From contig NC_082710.1 in the NCBI RefSeq assembly GCF_030144855.1, forward strand, positions 181,784,001 to 181,848,000: a stretch of DNA of 64,000 nt, given 5' to 3'. This stretch comes from Hypanus sabinus (lineage: Eukaryota). Of the stretch, positions 10,285 through 23,900 are shown one piece after another; the first letter of the stretch is position 1, and each line of letters begins with the position of its first letter. Under the pieces are notes generated by a model. That model was not told where the DNA came from and did no database searches. It saw only the letters and a program-made list of their open reading frames with translations. The translations under genes and the position numbers were made by a program.

Positions 10285-11945
10285 AAATCTGCAGACGCTG
10301 GAAATCCAAGCAACACACTCAAAACGCTGGAGGAACTCAGCAGGCCGGGCAGCGTCTATGGGAAAGAGTACAGTCGACATTTCAGGCCGAGACCCTACAT
10401 CAAGACTGAAGAAAAAAGGATGAGAAGTCAAAGAGAGTGGTGTAGAGAAGGAAAAAAATACTAAGTAGTAGGTGATAAGTGAGAGGGGAGGGGTGAAGTG
10501 AAGTAAAGAGCTGGGAACTTTTCAGTGGAAGAGATACAGGGCCAGAGAAGGGTGTGTCTGATAGGAGAGGACAGAGGCCATGGAAGAATAGGAAGGGAGG
10601 GAGGTGATGGGCATAAGGGGCCGTTGGGAACAGACCCAAATGCAAGACACTGACACGGAAGTACTAAGGACAGGACTAGGTTTATCAAGAAAGCGAGGGA
10701 AGAAACGACGCTGGACGTTGACACACAAGCCCTGGATGATTCTAGGATTCAGGGCCAGGGCTAAGACTAAGACTAGGAAAGCGGGACCAGGACAAGGAAC
10801 TTGGAACTAGGTGCCTGGGCTAGGACTCCGAGCCAGAGACCGGACAGGGACCCAGAACCTTGGTCTTGACCTGGGCTCTGACCCCGTATCTAGGTGAGGA
10901 CAAGATGGGGCTACAGGACTGGACATGGAACTGCTTCACAAGACGAGGCACATGGACAGGATGAGAACACAAAGCCGAGGCTTAGGCAGGACAAGGAATC
11001 TCCAGCACCAGGCTGGGCGAGGTACTCTGGGTGGGTGAGCCACATGGACTGGGAGGACACAAAGCTTGGACAGGGAACACAGTACTCCAGAACAGAGCCT
11101 GGACAAGGACCCGGAACCTGGGTTTTGGCTGGAACTAGGAACCCAGGTCTAGGCTAGGACAAGATGTGGCTACAGGACAGGATGAGAACACGAAGCCTTG
11201 ACTAGGTCTTGGGAGACGGGAAACAAAGCCTTGGCTTGGACAGGACACAGGACTCCTGGGCAGGCAAGGCTTCAGGTATAGGCTGCAGAAGGAAGGGAAA
11301 GGAACTGTCCAGCAGCTGAATCCCGAAGCTATTTATGGAGCCAGCCCAAAGCGAGAATCAGGTTACTCAATTAAGGCACCCAGTGGAACCAGGGAACACA
11401 GGAAAACCCGGAATAAGGATTGATGGACTGGATCGTGAAGCGGAATGTGGAGTTCACAGTCCGGGCCATGGCACAGGTAAAGAGGTAAGTTCGGAGAGGG
11501 AAATGGGGATGGGGAATGGTGAGGGTGTGGCCATTACCGGAAGTTCGATAAATCGATGTTCATGCCATCAGGTTGGAGGCTGCCCAGATGGAGTGCAAGG
11601 TGTTGCTCCTCCAAGCAGAGTGTGGCCTCCTCGAGGCGAGGCCATGAGATGAGATGGGAATGGGAAGTGGAATGGGAATGGGAATGGGTGGCCACTGGGA
11701 GATCCCACTTGTTCTGGTGGACAGAGTGTGGATGCTCGGTGAAGTGATCTCACCAGTATGAAGGAGGCCGCACCGGGAGCATAGGATACAAAAATTGGAC
11801 GGGAGGTGATTAAAGATGAGCTTGGCAGTGGGATCCTATTAGAAATGGGGGAAGTTACAGAGAATTACATGCAGAGGTTGGTGAGGTGGTAGGTGAGGAC
11901 AAGAGGAACCCTATCACTAGTGGCCTGATGATAGGTTGAGGGCAG
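10285..11945 (-). mobile_element. Penelope-like element fragment (left, inverted arm), interrupted by an LTR-like insert
   Basis: Mirror image of the plus-strand Penelope sequence at 11960-13240. Degenerate hammerhead motif at 10371-10408. Confidence 0.7.
10608..11473 (-). mobile_element. LTR-like insert with internal short tandem motifs (ggacaaggacccggaac-type)
   Basis: Splits contiguous Penelope sequence. The minus strand begins TGCCATGG and has a CATAAATAG TATA-like box. The target duplication is not clear. Confidence 0.45.
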
Positions 11946-11959
11946 ACATGAAGTTTTTC

Positions 11960-13245
11960 TCTCCAGGAGAGGAGATGTTGTCCCCTTCCTCAAAAGATGG
12001 GCTTCCTTTCCTCCATCATCAACATTGCCCTCAACCACATTGCTTCCATTTCACTCACGTCTGCCCTCATCCCATCCTCCTACCACCCCACCAAGGACAT
12101 GGTTCCTATTGTCCTCACCTACCACCCCCACCCCGCCTCTGCATCCAGCACATAACTCTCCTTAACCTCTGCCAACTCCAACAAGATCCCACCACCGAGC
12201 TCATCTCTCCTCACCCTCCAAATTTGTTGCCACATGCAGCGGGGAAAGCCAGGCCGTTGGGTGTACTTAACGCAGAGATTGATAGGTTCTTGATTGGACA
12301 CCGCATCAAAACTTGTCCTGGGAGAAGGCCGGGAACTGGGGTTGAGGAGGAGAAGGAAAAGGGATCGGGAAAAAAATGATGGAGTGGACCTAATGGGCCA
12401 GACGGCCTAATTCTGCTCCGCTGTCTTATGGTGTATGGTCTCTCCCCACCGTTCTCCCTCCTGGCACTTATCCTTGCAAGTGGAACAAGTGCTACACCTG
12501 CCTCTACACCCTTCTCTGTCACAACCATTCAGGGCCCCAAACAGTCCTTCCAGGTGAGGTGACACTTCACCTGTGAGTCTGTTGGGGTCATCTGCTGTGT
12601 CCCGTGCTCCCAGTGTGGCCTCCTGTATATCGGTGAGTCCCAATGTAGATTGGGAGACTGCTTGGCCAAGCACCTATACTTTGGCAGAAAAAGCGGGATC
12701 TCCCAGTGGTCACCCATTTTAATTTCACTCCCCATTCCAACAGGTCAATTCCAACATGGCCTCCCCTACTGCCACAATGAGGTTACACCAAGGTTGGAGG
12801 AGTAACCTGTTATGTTCTGTCTGGGTAGATTCTAACCAGATGACATGACATTGATTTCTCAAACTTCCAGTAATGCCCCCTCCCCTCCTTCACCATTCCC
12901 CATTCTCATTTCCCTCTCTCACCTTATCTCCTCATCTGTCCATCGCCTCCCTCGGTGTCCCTCCCCTTCCCTTTCTTCCACGGCCTTCTGTCCTCTCCTA
13001 TCAGACTCCCCTTTCTCTTTCACCAACCATCTTCCCAGCTCTTTAATCCACCCTTCCCCCTCCCACTTTCACCAATCACCTACCACCTTGTATTTCTTCC
13101 TCCCCTCCCCCACCTTCTTTCTCTAACTTCTCATCTATTTTCCCTCCAGTCCTGATGAAGGGTCTAGAGCTGAAATGTTGACTGTTCACTCTTTTCCATA
13201 GGTGCTGCCTGGCCTGCTGAGTTCCTGCAGCATTCTGTTTGTATT
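11960..13245 (+). mobile_element. Penelope-like element 3' part: RT C-terminus, GIY-YIG endonuclease and pseudo-LTR with hammerhead motif
   Basis: Decayed VPIVLTYHP-type segment near 12100 and FQVR.HFTCESVGVICCVPCSQCGLLYIGES (GIY-YIG) at ~12548-12650. CAGTC-CTGATGA...GAAA...GACTG at 13147-13184. A short CR1 piece is inserted at ~12227-12440. Confidence 0.8.
13147..13184 (+). ncRNA. Minimal type I hammerhead ribozyme motif (Penelope type), partly decayed
   Basis: CAGTC CTGATGA A GGGTCTAGAGCT GAA ATGT T GACTG. Stem I CAGTC/GACTG and the catalytic core are intact. Stem II and the stem III palindrome are mutated. Confidence 0.7.
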
Positions 13246-13249
13246 GCTT

Positions 13250-14660
13250 AGCCATTCCCACTGTCCACTACACCCCCAATCTTAGTGTCATCCACACATT
13301 TGCTGATCCAGTTACCCACAATATCATCCAGTTCATTGATTATAGATAACAAGCAACAATGGACCCAGCACACCACTAGTCACAGGCCTCTAGTCAGAGG
13401 GGCAACCCTCCACAACCACTCTCTGGCTTCTACCACAAAGCCAATGTCAAATGCAATTTACTACCTCACCCTGAATACCGAGCGATTGAACCTTCCTGAC
13501 CAGCCTCCTGAGCAGAATCTTGTCAAATGCCTTGTTAAAGTCTATGTAGACAACATCAGCTGCCTTGCCTTCATCCACCTCCCTGGTAACTTTCTCAAAA
13601 AACTATAAGATTGGTGAGGAATAACCTAACACACAAAAATCAATGTTGACTATCCTTAATCAGTCCATGTCTATCCACTTATATACTCGTTCCCTTAGAA
13701 TACCTCCCAATAACTTTCCCACAGCTGATGTCAAACTCGCTGGCTGATAGTTTCCTGGTTTCTGTTCAGAGCCTTTTTTAAAACAGTAGAACAACACTGG
13801 CTGTCCTCCCTCTCCTGTCACTAAGGATGTTTTAAGTATCTCTGCTAGGGCCCCAGCAACTTTTTTCACTTGCCTCCTGTAGGGTATGAGGGAACACCTC
13901 ATCAGGCCATGGGCATTTATCCATCCTGATTTGCCTCAGGGTATCAAACACTTCCTTCTCTGTAACCTGTACAGGGTCCATGAAGTTAATGCCACTCTGT
14001 AGACTCTGTATCTGGCTCCCGACTTAATATACAGATGCGAAGAATTCATTTAACATTCTTTGGCTCCACACATGGATTACCATTCTGGTCTTCCAGCAGA
14101 CCAATTTTGTCCCTTGCAATCCTTTAGCTCTGAACATATCGTAGATTCCCTAAGGATTCCCCTTCACCTTGTCTGCTTTGGCAACTTTGTGGCTCCTTTT
14201 CACCTTCGAGTTATTTATGGAATACTCACCTGCATTCCTTGTGCTCCAGAGGCACCTCATTTGTTCCTACTTGCCTACACCTTTTCTTCTCCTACCCCAG
14301 GGCATCAATATCCATTGAAAACAAAAGTTCCTAAACTTGTTATCTTTACCTTTTATTCTGACAGGCACATAGAAGCTTTGTACTCTCAGAATTTTGTCTT
14401 TGAAAGCCACCCACCCTTTCCAGAAAACAGCCTGTCCCATCCACACTTGCCAGATCATTTCTGATTCCATCAAAATTGGCCTTTCTCCGACTGAGAATCT
14501 GAGACCGCGGACCAGACCTATCTCTTTGCACATTTACTTTACAACTAATGGCATTGTCGTCACTGGATGCAAAGTGCTCCCTTTTGATGCACCTGTGACA
14601 GAGAAAGCTAATCTTTATTTTAAATATCACTCCCCAGGTCTGTCTGCCCTGCTCTAGTAC
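13250..14660 (-). mobile_element. CR1 LINE ORF2 fragment, degenerate
   Basis: Minus-strand remnants include PGNYQPASLTSAVGKLLGGILRERVY (ORF 13660-13902). Confidence 0.75.
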
Positions 14661-16880
14661 AACTGAGATAATTCTCGGCACCGATTGCGCCTCCGTTTGC
14701 GAAAGCGCACGGAGCGTACAACAGTACGTACTTTTTCTCTTTTGTTTGAACAGAGGAAGCCGAGGAGTGTATAAATTTTGAGACGGCAAGACGGAGATGT
14801 TAAAATATGGCATGCCCTGAACCTCCTCTGTAACTGTGACGCTTTATTCTGTCACGGTTTCCTTGTACCACCTCAATACTCAGATGCATCAGTACAGAAC
14901 GCGGCAAAAGGGCGTCGCGGTATTTTTCAATGCACTTGCGATAAATAAATCTAACCTTTGTTTACCTCCAAACAACCAATTATCCAACCTCATTATTATA
15001 TTGTCCAGAATTCCATGTTCTCCGATCTTTGGTGTATGACCTAATTGAAAAAAAATCTGTAAATTCAACTTTGCGCCTGTCTGCCGGCTGAGTGTGTGGT
15101 CATCGGCATGTTTTCAGACCGGCTGATGCCGCTCAGCATCCCCACCTCCTGGCCGACACCGGAACTACAACGAACTGCAAGGCCGGTTCTGCAGTCCGGG
15201 GGCAATGTCCAGAAGACCAGATTCACATTCTGATTCATTCATTCATTCCACACACATCAAAACATCCAGTGAGATGTGTCATTTACGCTAACAACCAGCA
15301 CAGCCTGAGGGCCCTGGTCACCTCATTATCAGAAGGATGCAGGAGCTTTATAGAGGGCACAGAGTAGATTTACCATGGATTAGAGAGCAAGGCTGAGTGA
15401 CCTTGATAGAGGTGCACAGTACGACAAGAAGCATAGGATGATATGTGGATAGCCGGAGAACTTTTCCCAAGGCAGAAATAACTACTCCCCGGGGAGATAA
15501 TTTTAGAGTGATTGGGGGATTTGTTTGCACAGTGAGTGGTGAGTGCACCCCTGCTGGGGTGGGTGGTGGTGGACGCAGATACACTAAGGACATATAAGGG
15601 ACTCTACGATGGGCACATGGGGGAGTCTATATAGGAAGGAAGGGTTAGGTTGATCTTGGAGTGGGTTAAGAGGTTGACACAACAATGCACTATACTGGGC
15701 TGTAGTGTTCTTCGCTCCATGCGCTGGGGATAGTCTCCACTTTGTTTAACAGAATTCAAAAAGGTAATTCACTCCAGTCCAGGAATTGTGTGAGAACCCT
15801 CCTTCCATCTGGATCTATTGATCAGACTGTTCTCTGTTTTATACAACTGCCCTTTACACAGCACCAGGTCCTCTGACCAAAGAAGGTACTGCATCAAAAT
15901 AGAGAACCTTTTGGGAAAGAGCTGATTATTTACATTTTTCTCTCTCATCACCTTTTTTCCCCTTGCCCAAACCAGCTGAATCATCGGTTCACTCAGAACA
16001 GTTATGAACACTGGCTCTGTCTATATCAGCGTTGGTCATCGTCAACCCTTGCAGATTCCTTTTTTCCATTTGCCGCTGAATCCCCCAAATTGATTTTTCA
16101 TGGGTACCATCTTTGACCTGCATCATATCAATTGCAAGGATGTGGCAAGTGTGTGCCCGGCCAATTGACTGTCGAGTCAATCAGTTGGGCCCCCTACACT
16201 CGCAAGGCTCTCTCTTTTTTACACAGGTTTTCAAGTACATATAGATTTGTCTTGGAGAGCCAGGTTCATCGCTTCCATAACACGAATAGTGGATAACGTG
16301 ACTCAGCCAAAACCGTTAATCCTTGTGATATGGTGTCATTTTTGTTCCGTGTACATGTAGCATTCTTCTCAACTTTCCTTCTTCAATTCAGCAGTTTGAG
16401 TACTTTTGTTTTTCTAGAGCGAGGGGTACGGATAGAGAAGGACTCCCAGATGAAGTCAAGTTAAAGACAAGTTTATGGTCATATTGATATGTACACATTA
16501 ATACAGGTGTAATGAAAGAGTTACTTGCAGCAACGTCACAGGCACAGAGCATTAAAAACCCATCGTCACTGATGATGAAATAAAATAACAGGGATGCACA
16601 CACTCTTACAACTCAACCACAGTTCATTTTACTTGTGCATTAGAGAACAGTATGGCCCCTGTTACCCACACTGTTCTGAAGCCAGGACAGAACACTGCTG
16701 GTTTTCTACAAAATTGGCTTATCAGTTACAGATATCGACCATTTGATAAATTGTACCTTTCAATTCCTTACTTGCAAAATCAATTCCCATTCATAATGGA
16801 GGTGTTAAAGCCAATAGAGGCTACAAGCTGGCAACCACTGACACTTCGAAGTTAGAGAAGCAAGTTTCATATCCTTCCAT

Positions 16881-16998
16881 TATTCCTATCTCATCTGTCT
16901 CAGCACCCTCTATTGTACATTATTCCTATCTCATCTGTCTCAGCACCCTCTATTGTACATTATTCCTATCTCATCTGTCTCCAGCACCCTCTATTGTG
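16881..16998. repeat. 40-bp tandem triplication downstream of the TRIM stop codon
   Basis: tattcctatctcatctgtctcagcaccctctattgtacat at 16881, 16921 and 16961. Confidence 0.9.
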
Positions 16999-17388
16999 TA
17001 CAGTAAGTCCTCACTCACCTGGCTTTGAGTACAAACTGCCACAGTCACCTCTGCCTACCAGAGGCATCTCACTTCAAAGCTCTCCCTTGTCTGGCTTTGA
17101 ATACACACGGCTGCAGTCATCTTCGCCTGGACATTGTCTTTAACCCTTGCTTTGCTGTATCTCCCACAGACCCAGCACTCACATGAAAAACATCAATTAT
17201 ACAAAAGGCGATGGTGTGGATTGAGTGGACGAGGCAGGGAGCAAATGACTGTAGAAGAGGCGCAGGAGAATTTATTCATTTATTTATCATTCTTCTGTAT
17301 TCTCACTGGTATAATTGACAGGCTCCACTGGGACTTATTTGTTAAATGGGACCCATTCAACGCCATCTTTCAAAGGGGGTTTCTGCCC

Positions 17389-17948
17389 CTACAGCCCCTG
17401 AGCCCCACTCCCAATGTTGGTCCCAGGACCTGACCCGGAGCAGATTCTCAGCCACTTGTTTTCATCCCCAGTCCAGAAGAAAGGATAGAGTTTCCCCGTG
17501 AATTTATTCCCAGTGAAGGTGTGGAGATGAGACTTGGTGTCCGCGTTGTAAAATGAAACCTTTCCCAACTCATAACTGAGGCAAACCCTCACCTTCTTGG
17601 GGATGGAGTCAGCAGGGAGAGGGGACCCAGGGGAAGTGTTCACATAAAATCTGTCACCGACCCGTCCGATAGTCCAGAATCCATTCTCTGGGATCATTCC
17701 CACCCATCCCTTCCTCTCCACGGACTCTGCAGCAATTCCCAAACTCCAGATAGAATTCCCCTCCACCTCCACCTCCCAGTAATACCTCCCCGCTGTGAAT
17801 CCCTCCGAGCCCAGCACACCGGCCCAGTCGGTGAACCGCTTGCTGGTGTCAGGGAGACTATTCCAGACCCCGCTCAGCCGCACGCTCTTCCGATCATCGG
17901 ACACTTCCAGTCTCGGATTTGCCGTTTCCACATCCAGGGTCACAGAAG
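17389..17948 (-). CDS. TRIM exon 6: PRY/SPRY (B30.2) domain
   Basis: SVTLDVETANPRLEVS...GRYYWEVEV...GFWTIG...KLYPFF. Acceptor cttcctcAG at 17949, stop TAG at 17389-17391, candidate AATAAA at 17271-17276. Confidence 0.95.
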
Positions 17949-20900
17949 CTGAGGAAGGGGTGTGGGAACAAAGAAAATACTAATTGAACATAGAACAGTA
18001 CAGCCCACTGTACAGTGTCAATCTCTGAGCTCGATCTCACCCTTCCCTTCCGTACAGCCCTGCATTCTTTCTTTCATCCATATTCCTATCCAAGAGTCTT
18101 TTAAATGCCCCTAATGTCCCCGCCTTTACCACTGCCACTGGCAGACTTTAAATTCATTACTGACTGCAACATATTAAAATGAATACTGGTTCTGAAACTC
18201 AATACTTAAGAGTGGGTTACCATTACCCCTGGCCCCGCATTCCACACATCCACCACCCCCTGTATAAAAAGCCTACCTCTGACACCCCCCTCTAAATTTT
18301 CCTCCAATCACCTTAAAATTAAGACCCCTTGTTCGAGAGTATTTTGGAGTTAGGATATATAGAAATCATTAACTTCAGCAACCAACCTTCAGATCTGAAT
18401 ATGGGTGGTAGATTGAATTTAAACTACAGCTGGGAATAGTAAAATGCAGACCAGGAAACAGACTGAGTCAACCGGAACTAAATGCAATATGTGGGGTTCT
18501 AGGCATGATATCGTGGGGACATACTTGTCTGTTACAACCACGTCATGGACAAATGTCTGTTCATTCAGTTCCACAGAGCAGGAGCCAGTTCACTGACAGG
18601 AAACAATCCCATAGCCACCCTCCAGCCTCCGGCAACCACCTCTTTCTTGTCCTAATCTCTGGAGTTTTCCTCTTTGCCTCTGCCTGGATACAGGTAGAAG
18701 GAATCTGATTTCCTGAAATGCTGTCTGGGAACGGAGTGGTCGGCATTCCTTATCTTAGTATTAGCGGTCTAACGTGCTGGGACCTCTGGTGCTACAGGTT
18801 ATATGCTGATGATAATTGGGTAGGGAGTTCTTCAAACAAGCCTGATTATGCAATATCTCAAGCACTTGATTATAATCGGGCGCTGATGTTATGTAAACTG
18901 CAGCCAGGATCACGGAGGAGGACTTCCTTGATAAGTAGCATGGTTGGGATTTGATCTTTAGACGTTTTTGACAATTTTGACACGATTTTGACAAAACCGC
19001 CACATTGGAGCACAACCGAGAGTCTATTATGAAACATGCAACTCCACCTTTTGCCTTTTCCAAATCAGCAGTTTGGCCCGTCCTGTGTATCGAGAAGCCG
19101 TTGGGTCTGTTGCTAGATGTTACCCATGCGGTAAAGATAATCATCATGTATCTTTTTAATATGGGGAGGGTTTAAAAAACTGAGGGGCAGCCAACAAAAT
19201 TTTTGCATGTGCCATTTTGGGCACACATGCCATAGGTTTGTGGAAAAGAGTAAACAGTTGATGTTTCGGGCTGAGACCTTTCATCAGAATTGTGTAATCC
19301 AGTGCACAGACATAAAGGAGAACAAAATAACTGTTACTCTGGATCTGATGCAGCACACAAAAAAAAACACAATCAGATAAAGAAAACAATTATAAAAAAC
19401 ACAATAAATATAAATACATAAAAATCATAAAAATAAATAACCAGTATCATATAAGAAGCACTTGATGGGGCCCGGAAGGACATTGACCAATCACAGGAAA
19501 TTCAGGTTACCTGAGTGGGCACTGAGTGTTGTCAGTATGAGGTGGTTGGGCTGAATGGCCTTTATCCATTCTGTATTGCTCTATCACTCTAAAGATTAAT
19601 GATCTTCAAATATTAGCTTTACTTGTCACATGTACATCGAAACATAGAGTGAAAATGGGCAGTCTGTGTCGGTGACTGACAGTCTGAAGGTGTGCTGGGA
19701 GGGGTCAGCAGGTGGCACTAAAACAGATTGCCCACAAAGTACTAACCCTAACTCGTAATTCTTTGGAATGTGGGAGGGAACCAGAGCACCAGGATGGGCA
19801 TAGAAACTCTTTACGGACAGCAGCGAGAATTGAACACCCTTCACTGCCACCTCGAGTTTGAACTGATACTTTACTAAGTCTATACACAAGAGAAGTTAGA
19901 GTATGAATAAAATTAAAGTGATAGACACAACAAGAGATTCAGCAGATGTCGGAAATCCAGAGTAACATGCACAAAATACACACAAAACGCTGGAGGAGCT
20001 CAGCAAGTCAGGCAACATCTATGGAGGGGAATAAACAGTCGATGTTTCAGGCTGAGAGCCTGTCAGACCTGTCCCGATGAAGGGTCTCAGCCCAACATTT
20101 CAGGGTGCTTTACATCTGTCATTTACTCTAGTCTTTGCATCCTCATCTACTGTATAACAATCTAATTTTTTTTGTCAAAAGAGAAATGAACAAATCAGGA
20201 TAAAAGGAAACTGAAAGAGCTTTACCAGGATTAAAAGCATCGAGGATCTCCTTCCACACTGTTTCCAAGAAAGGTCCTTTGAATTTTTCCACATTCAGAA
20301 AGCCGCCCTTGACTGACAATTTCTGGTGCTCATCATTCCCACTGTAAACATTAAACACAATCCCAAATTAACTATCAACGCATTTCTGAGCAATCTGTAC
20401 ACACCTCGGAGAGCCTCAATAAAGAATACGACCTACCTCACATTACGCCAAGTCTCCTCCTGAAATAGATAAGCAGAAATGTGAGCTAATCAGGACTGGG
20501 AGTCTAAGTCGTAACAGAGATTACATCGAACTTTTTGCAGGTTGAGCTTTATAAAATTGCAACAAAACTTGCTGGCTCTTGAGCGCAGTTTCTCCACTAA
20601 TGAAGGCAAGTAGTGGATACAGCCCAGCCATCACAGGAAGAGCCCTCCCCACCATTTACACAATGGCTCAAGAAAGCAGCATCCATCGTCAAGGACCCCC
20701 ACCATCCTGGCCTCTCTCTCTTCTCATCAGGAAGGAGGTATGGAAACCTGACAACCCACTCCACCAGGTTCAGGAACAGTTAATTCCCCTACAACCATCA
20801 GGCTCCTGAACCAGTGTTGATAACTTCACTCATCTCAATACTAAACTGATTCCATAACCAATGAGCTCACTTTCAAGGACTCTACAACTCATATTCTCAT

Positions 20901-23900
20901 TATTATTTAGTTACTATTTATATTTTTTATTCGCACGATTTCTCTTCTTTTGCAAGTTAGTTGCTTGTCAATCTTTGCATGAAGTTTTTCAATGATTCTA
21001 TTGTTCTTCTTTGTTCTACTATGAATGCCCACAAGAAAATGGATCTTGGCATAGTATATGGTGACACACACTTACTTTGACGATAAATCTACTTTGAACT
21101 TTCAGCATGCAATACGCTTTCTTTATCCCCTTATCTACTCGTAGAGAGCATATACCTGGAACTGAAGATCTGTCCGTTCATCAACGTTGTTTTAAAGATC
21201 CAGCCGTTGACAGACCTCCCAAAGTTCAGCATCTCACCCTGCCCCAGGTTGAACTCCATCCATATCTGCAACTGATCGATATCCCACAGTTGCCCTCACC
21301 CTGATGACCAGCTTTGTGTGTGGCTGTATCAGGCTGTTTGTGGAACTTAATTACGTGGGCACCAAGTAGCACCTAGTGCTGAGGTTCCACCTGTCCCCGG
21401 TATTGCGAAGGATAGGGCCGGATCCGTTGCCACGCAACATCCCAGTCAGCCGGACGTTGCTACACTGCCTATCACTCGCGTAGAAGCTCTCTGACCACAA
21501 GTCCATCAGGCAGTGGTCAGCACATACCTCCTGACCCCACGGTTAGCACCGAGGATCTGGTCATTGCATCGTCAGCACAAGACCAAAAATAAAAATTACT
21601 ATTACATTTTAAAATAAAAAAATAAAATAGTGCAAAATGTGAGCCAAATAGTGAGGTAGTGTTCTGTCCAGAAATCTGATGGCAGAGGGGAAGAAGCTGT
21701 TGCCAAACCACTGAGTTTGTGTTTTCATGTTCCTCCCTGATGGTAGCAATGAGAAGGTGATGGTAGCATTCATGTCCTGGATGGTGACAGTCAGCCCCTT
21801 TTCAAGATGCCCTCAATGCTGGGATAGAGCTGTCTGGGTTTACAACCCTCTGCAGCTTTTTTCTGATCCTGTGCATCATTAACAGCATTTAAAAGGGACA
21901 GGTACGTGGTTAGGAAAGGTTTAGAAAGATGTGGGCCAAACGCAGGCAGATGGGGCATCCTGGTCAGCTTGGGGACGAAGGGCCTGGTTCTATGCTGAGT
22001 GACTCCATCACATTCCCAGAAAGGTTACCGGCGGTTTCGCAACTCAGTACGTTCTATCCAGAAGAGCTTAAACAATCAATTAATTTAAATGTGGTGTAAA
22101 TTATTGGAGAAACCTGCCTTTATGATTAAATTGGAGCCCAATATTTAGTGACGCTTTCCACACTTATAAACGTAAATATAAGCACCATATGGCTAATAAG
22201 ACAAAATACATCACTTCACCTTAAGAGTTTCTTCACCCAGGCAGTTAATCTGATCAACCATTCCAGTTTGTCCTCCCACACCCCTTCTATCTACCCACTG
22301 CACTGTAAATGCTTTAAACTAATTTTACATTGCTATTTACATTGTAAATATATGCTGGGATTTATGTTTTATGAACATTTCATTCCATTATCTGTGCTTT
22401 AATCTTTAATTTATTTTATGTAATTCTTTATAATGGTTTAACGTTGTTTTTGGTGGCATCTTGCATTTTGACTGACCCACTACCTCAAATTCCTAATAAT
22501 GTACACTCAGAGGCCACTTTATTAGGTACAGCTTTGCTGCAAATATCTGGTCAGTCAAACAACTCAATGCATGAAACATGCAGACATGGTCAAGATGTCC
22601 AGCTGCTATTCAGACCAAATATCAGAGTATGGAAGAAACGTGATCCCAGTGGTTTGACCATGGAATGATTGCTGGTGCCAGAAGGGGCGGTTTGAGTATC
22701 TCAGAAACTTCTAATCTCCGGGGATTTTCATGCACAATTATCTCTAAACTTTACAGAGACTGGTATGATTTTTTTTCTAAATCCAGTGAGGAGCAGTTCT
22801 GTGAGCAAAAACGCCATGTCAGAGGTCAGAGGAGAATGGCCAGACTGGTTCAAGCTGACAGAAAGGTGACAGTCACTCTAATAACCGTGCCAAACAACAG
22901 TGGTGTGCAGAAGAGCATCACTGAATGACACTGACAACACACACACTCACACACACACAAAATGCCGGAGGAGCTCAGCCGGCCAGAAGAGAGTAAACAG
23001 TCAACTTTTCGGGATGAGACCCATCATCAGGACTGGAAAAAGAAGATGAGAAGTCAGAGCAAGAAGGTGAGGTGAGGAGAGGGGAGGAAGAAATACAAGG
23101 TGGTAGGTGACAGGTGGAACTCGGGAGAGAGGTAAGGTTGAAGTAAAGAGCCAGGAAGTTGATTGGTGAAAGAGATAAAGGACCGGAGAAGGGGGAATCT
23201 GATCGGAGAGTGTATAAGAGCATGGAAGAAAGGGAATGGGAGGAGCACCAGAGGGAGGTAATGAGCAGATAAAATAGGAATGGGGAAATTTGAAAGAGAG
23301 GGGAAGCATTACTGGAAGTTTGAGAAATCGATGTTCATGCCATCAGGTTGTGGGCTATCCAGAGTTGTTCCTCCAACCTAAGTGTGGCCTCATCGTGGCT
23401 GAACAAGAGGCCATGTCAGAATGAGCATGGGGAGTAGGAATGAAATGAGTCACCACTGGGAGATCCCATTACTCTTAGCATATCCCGAATTCCTCACTAG
23501 CCCAGGCTGATTATTAGTAAACAGACCAATATACATAAGTGGAATCTTAATATCTAGTCTTTCACTCAACGAAAGTTCTTTCTGTCAACTAATACCAGAC
23601 TGTGTATAATAGCCCCAGTATTAATCCTCACCTTCAGAAAGAGCATTATGTCTTTTTGTTCCATCTGTTCTTGCAACTTCAAGAGTTCCCGCCGAAGAGA
23701 TTTTAAACGCTCCTGGATCTCTAGCAGGTTTTTCTGCATCTTTTCCAAAACCTCCTCCTTCTCTTGTTGGAGATCGGAGATCAAAGCTTTCTCCTTCCCA
23801 GTGAGAAACTGGTGGATTTCGGAAAACTCTGACACGATGTGCTTTTCCAGAACCTCTGACTGGTCCTGCGGGAAAGAAACAGGTGAAATAAGAACATGGT

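Noticed and set aside
14655-14720. Helitron 3' terminus
   Set aside because: The hairpin-to-CTAG spacing (~33 nt) and the flanking base do not fit the usual Helitron end. Kept only as an unexplained hairpin.
15769-16350. Non-repetitive-looking stretch as exons of another gene
   Set aside because: Frames next to candidate splice sites close quickly and no domain is recognisable.
22029-22066. Candidate TRIM exon 4 (…ERTELRNRR|GT)
   Set aside because: The nearest acceptor gives 25 nt (wrong phase). The 23-nt exon at 20437-20459 has better splice sites and the canonical size.
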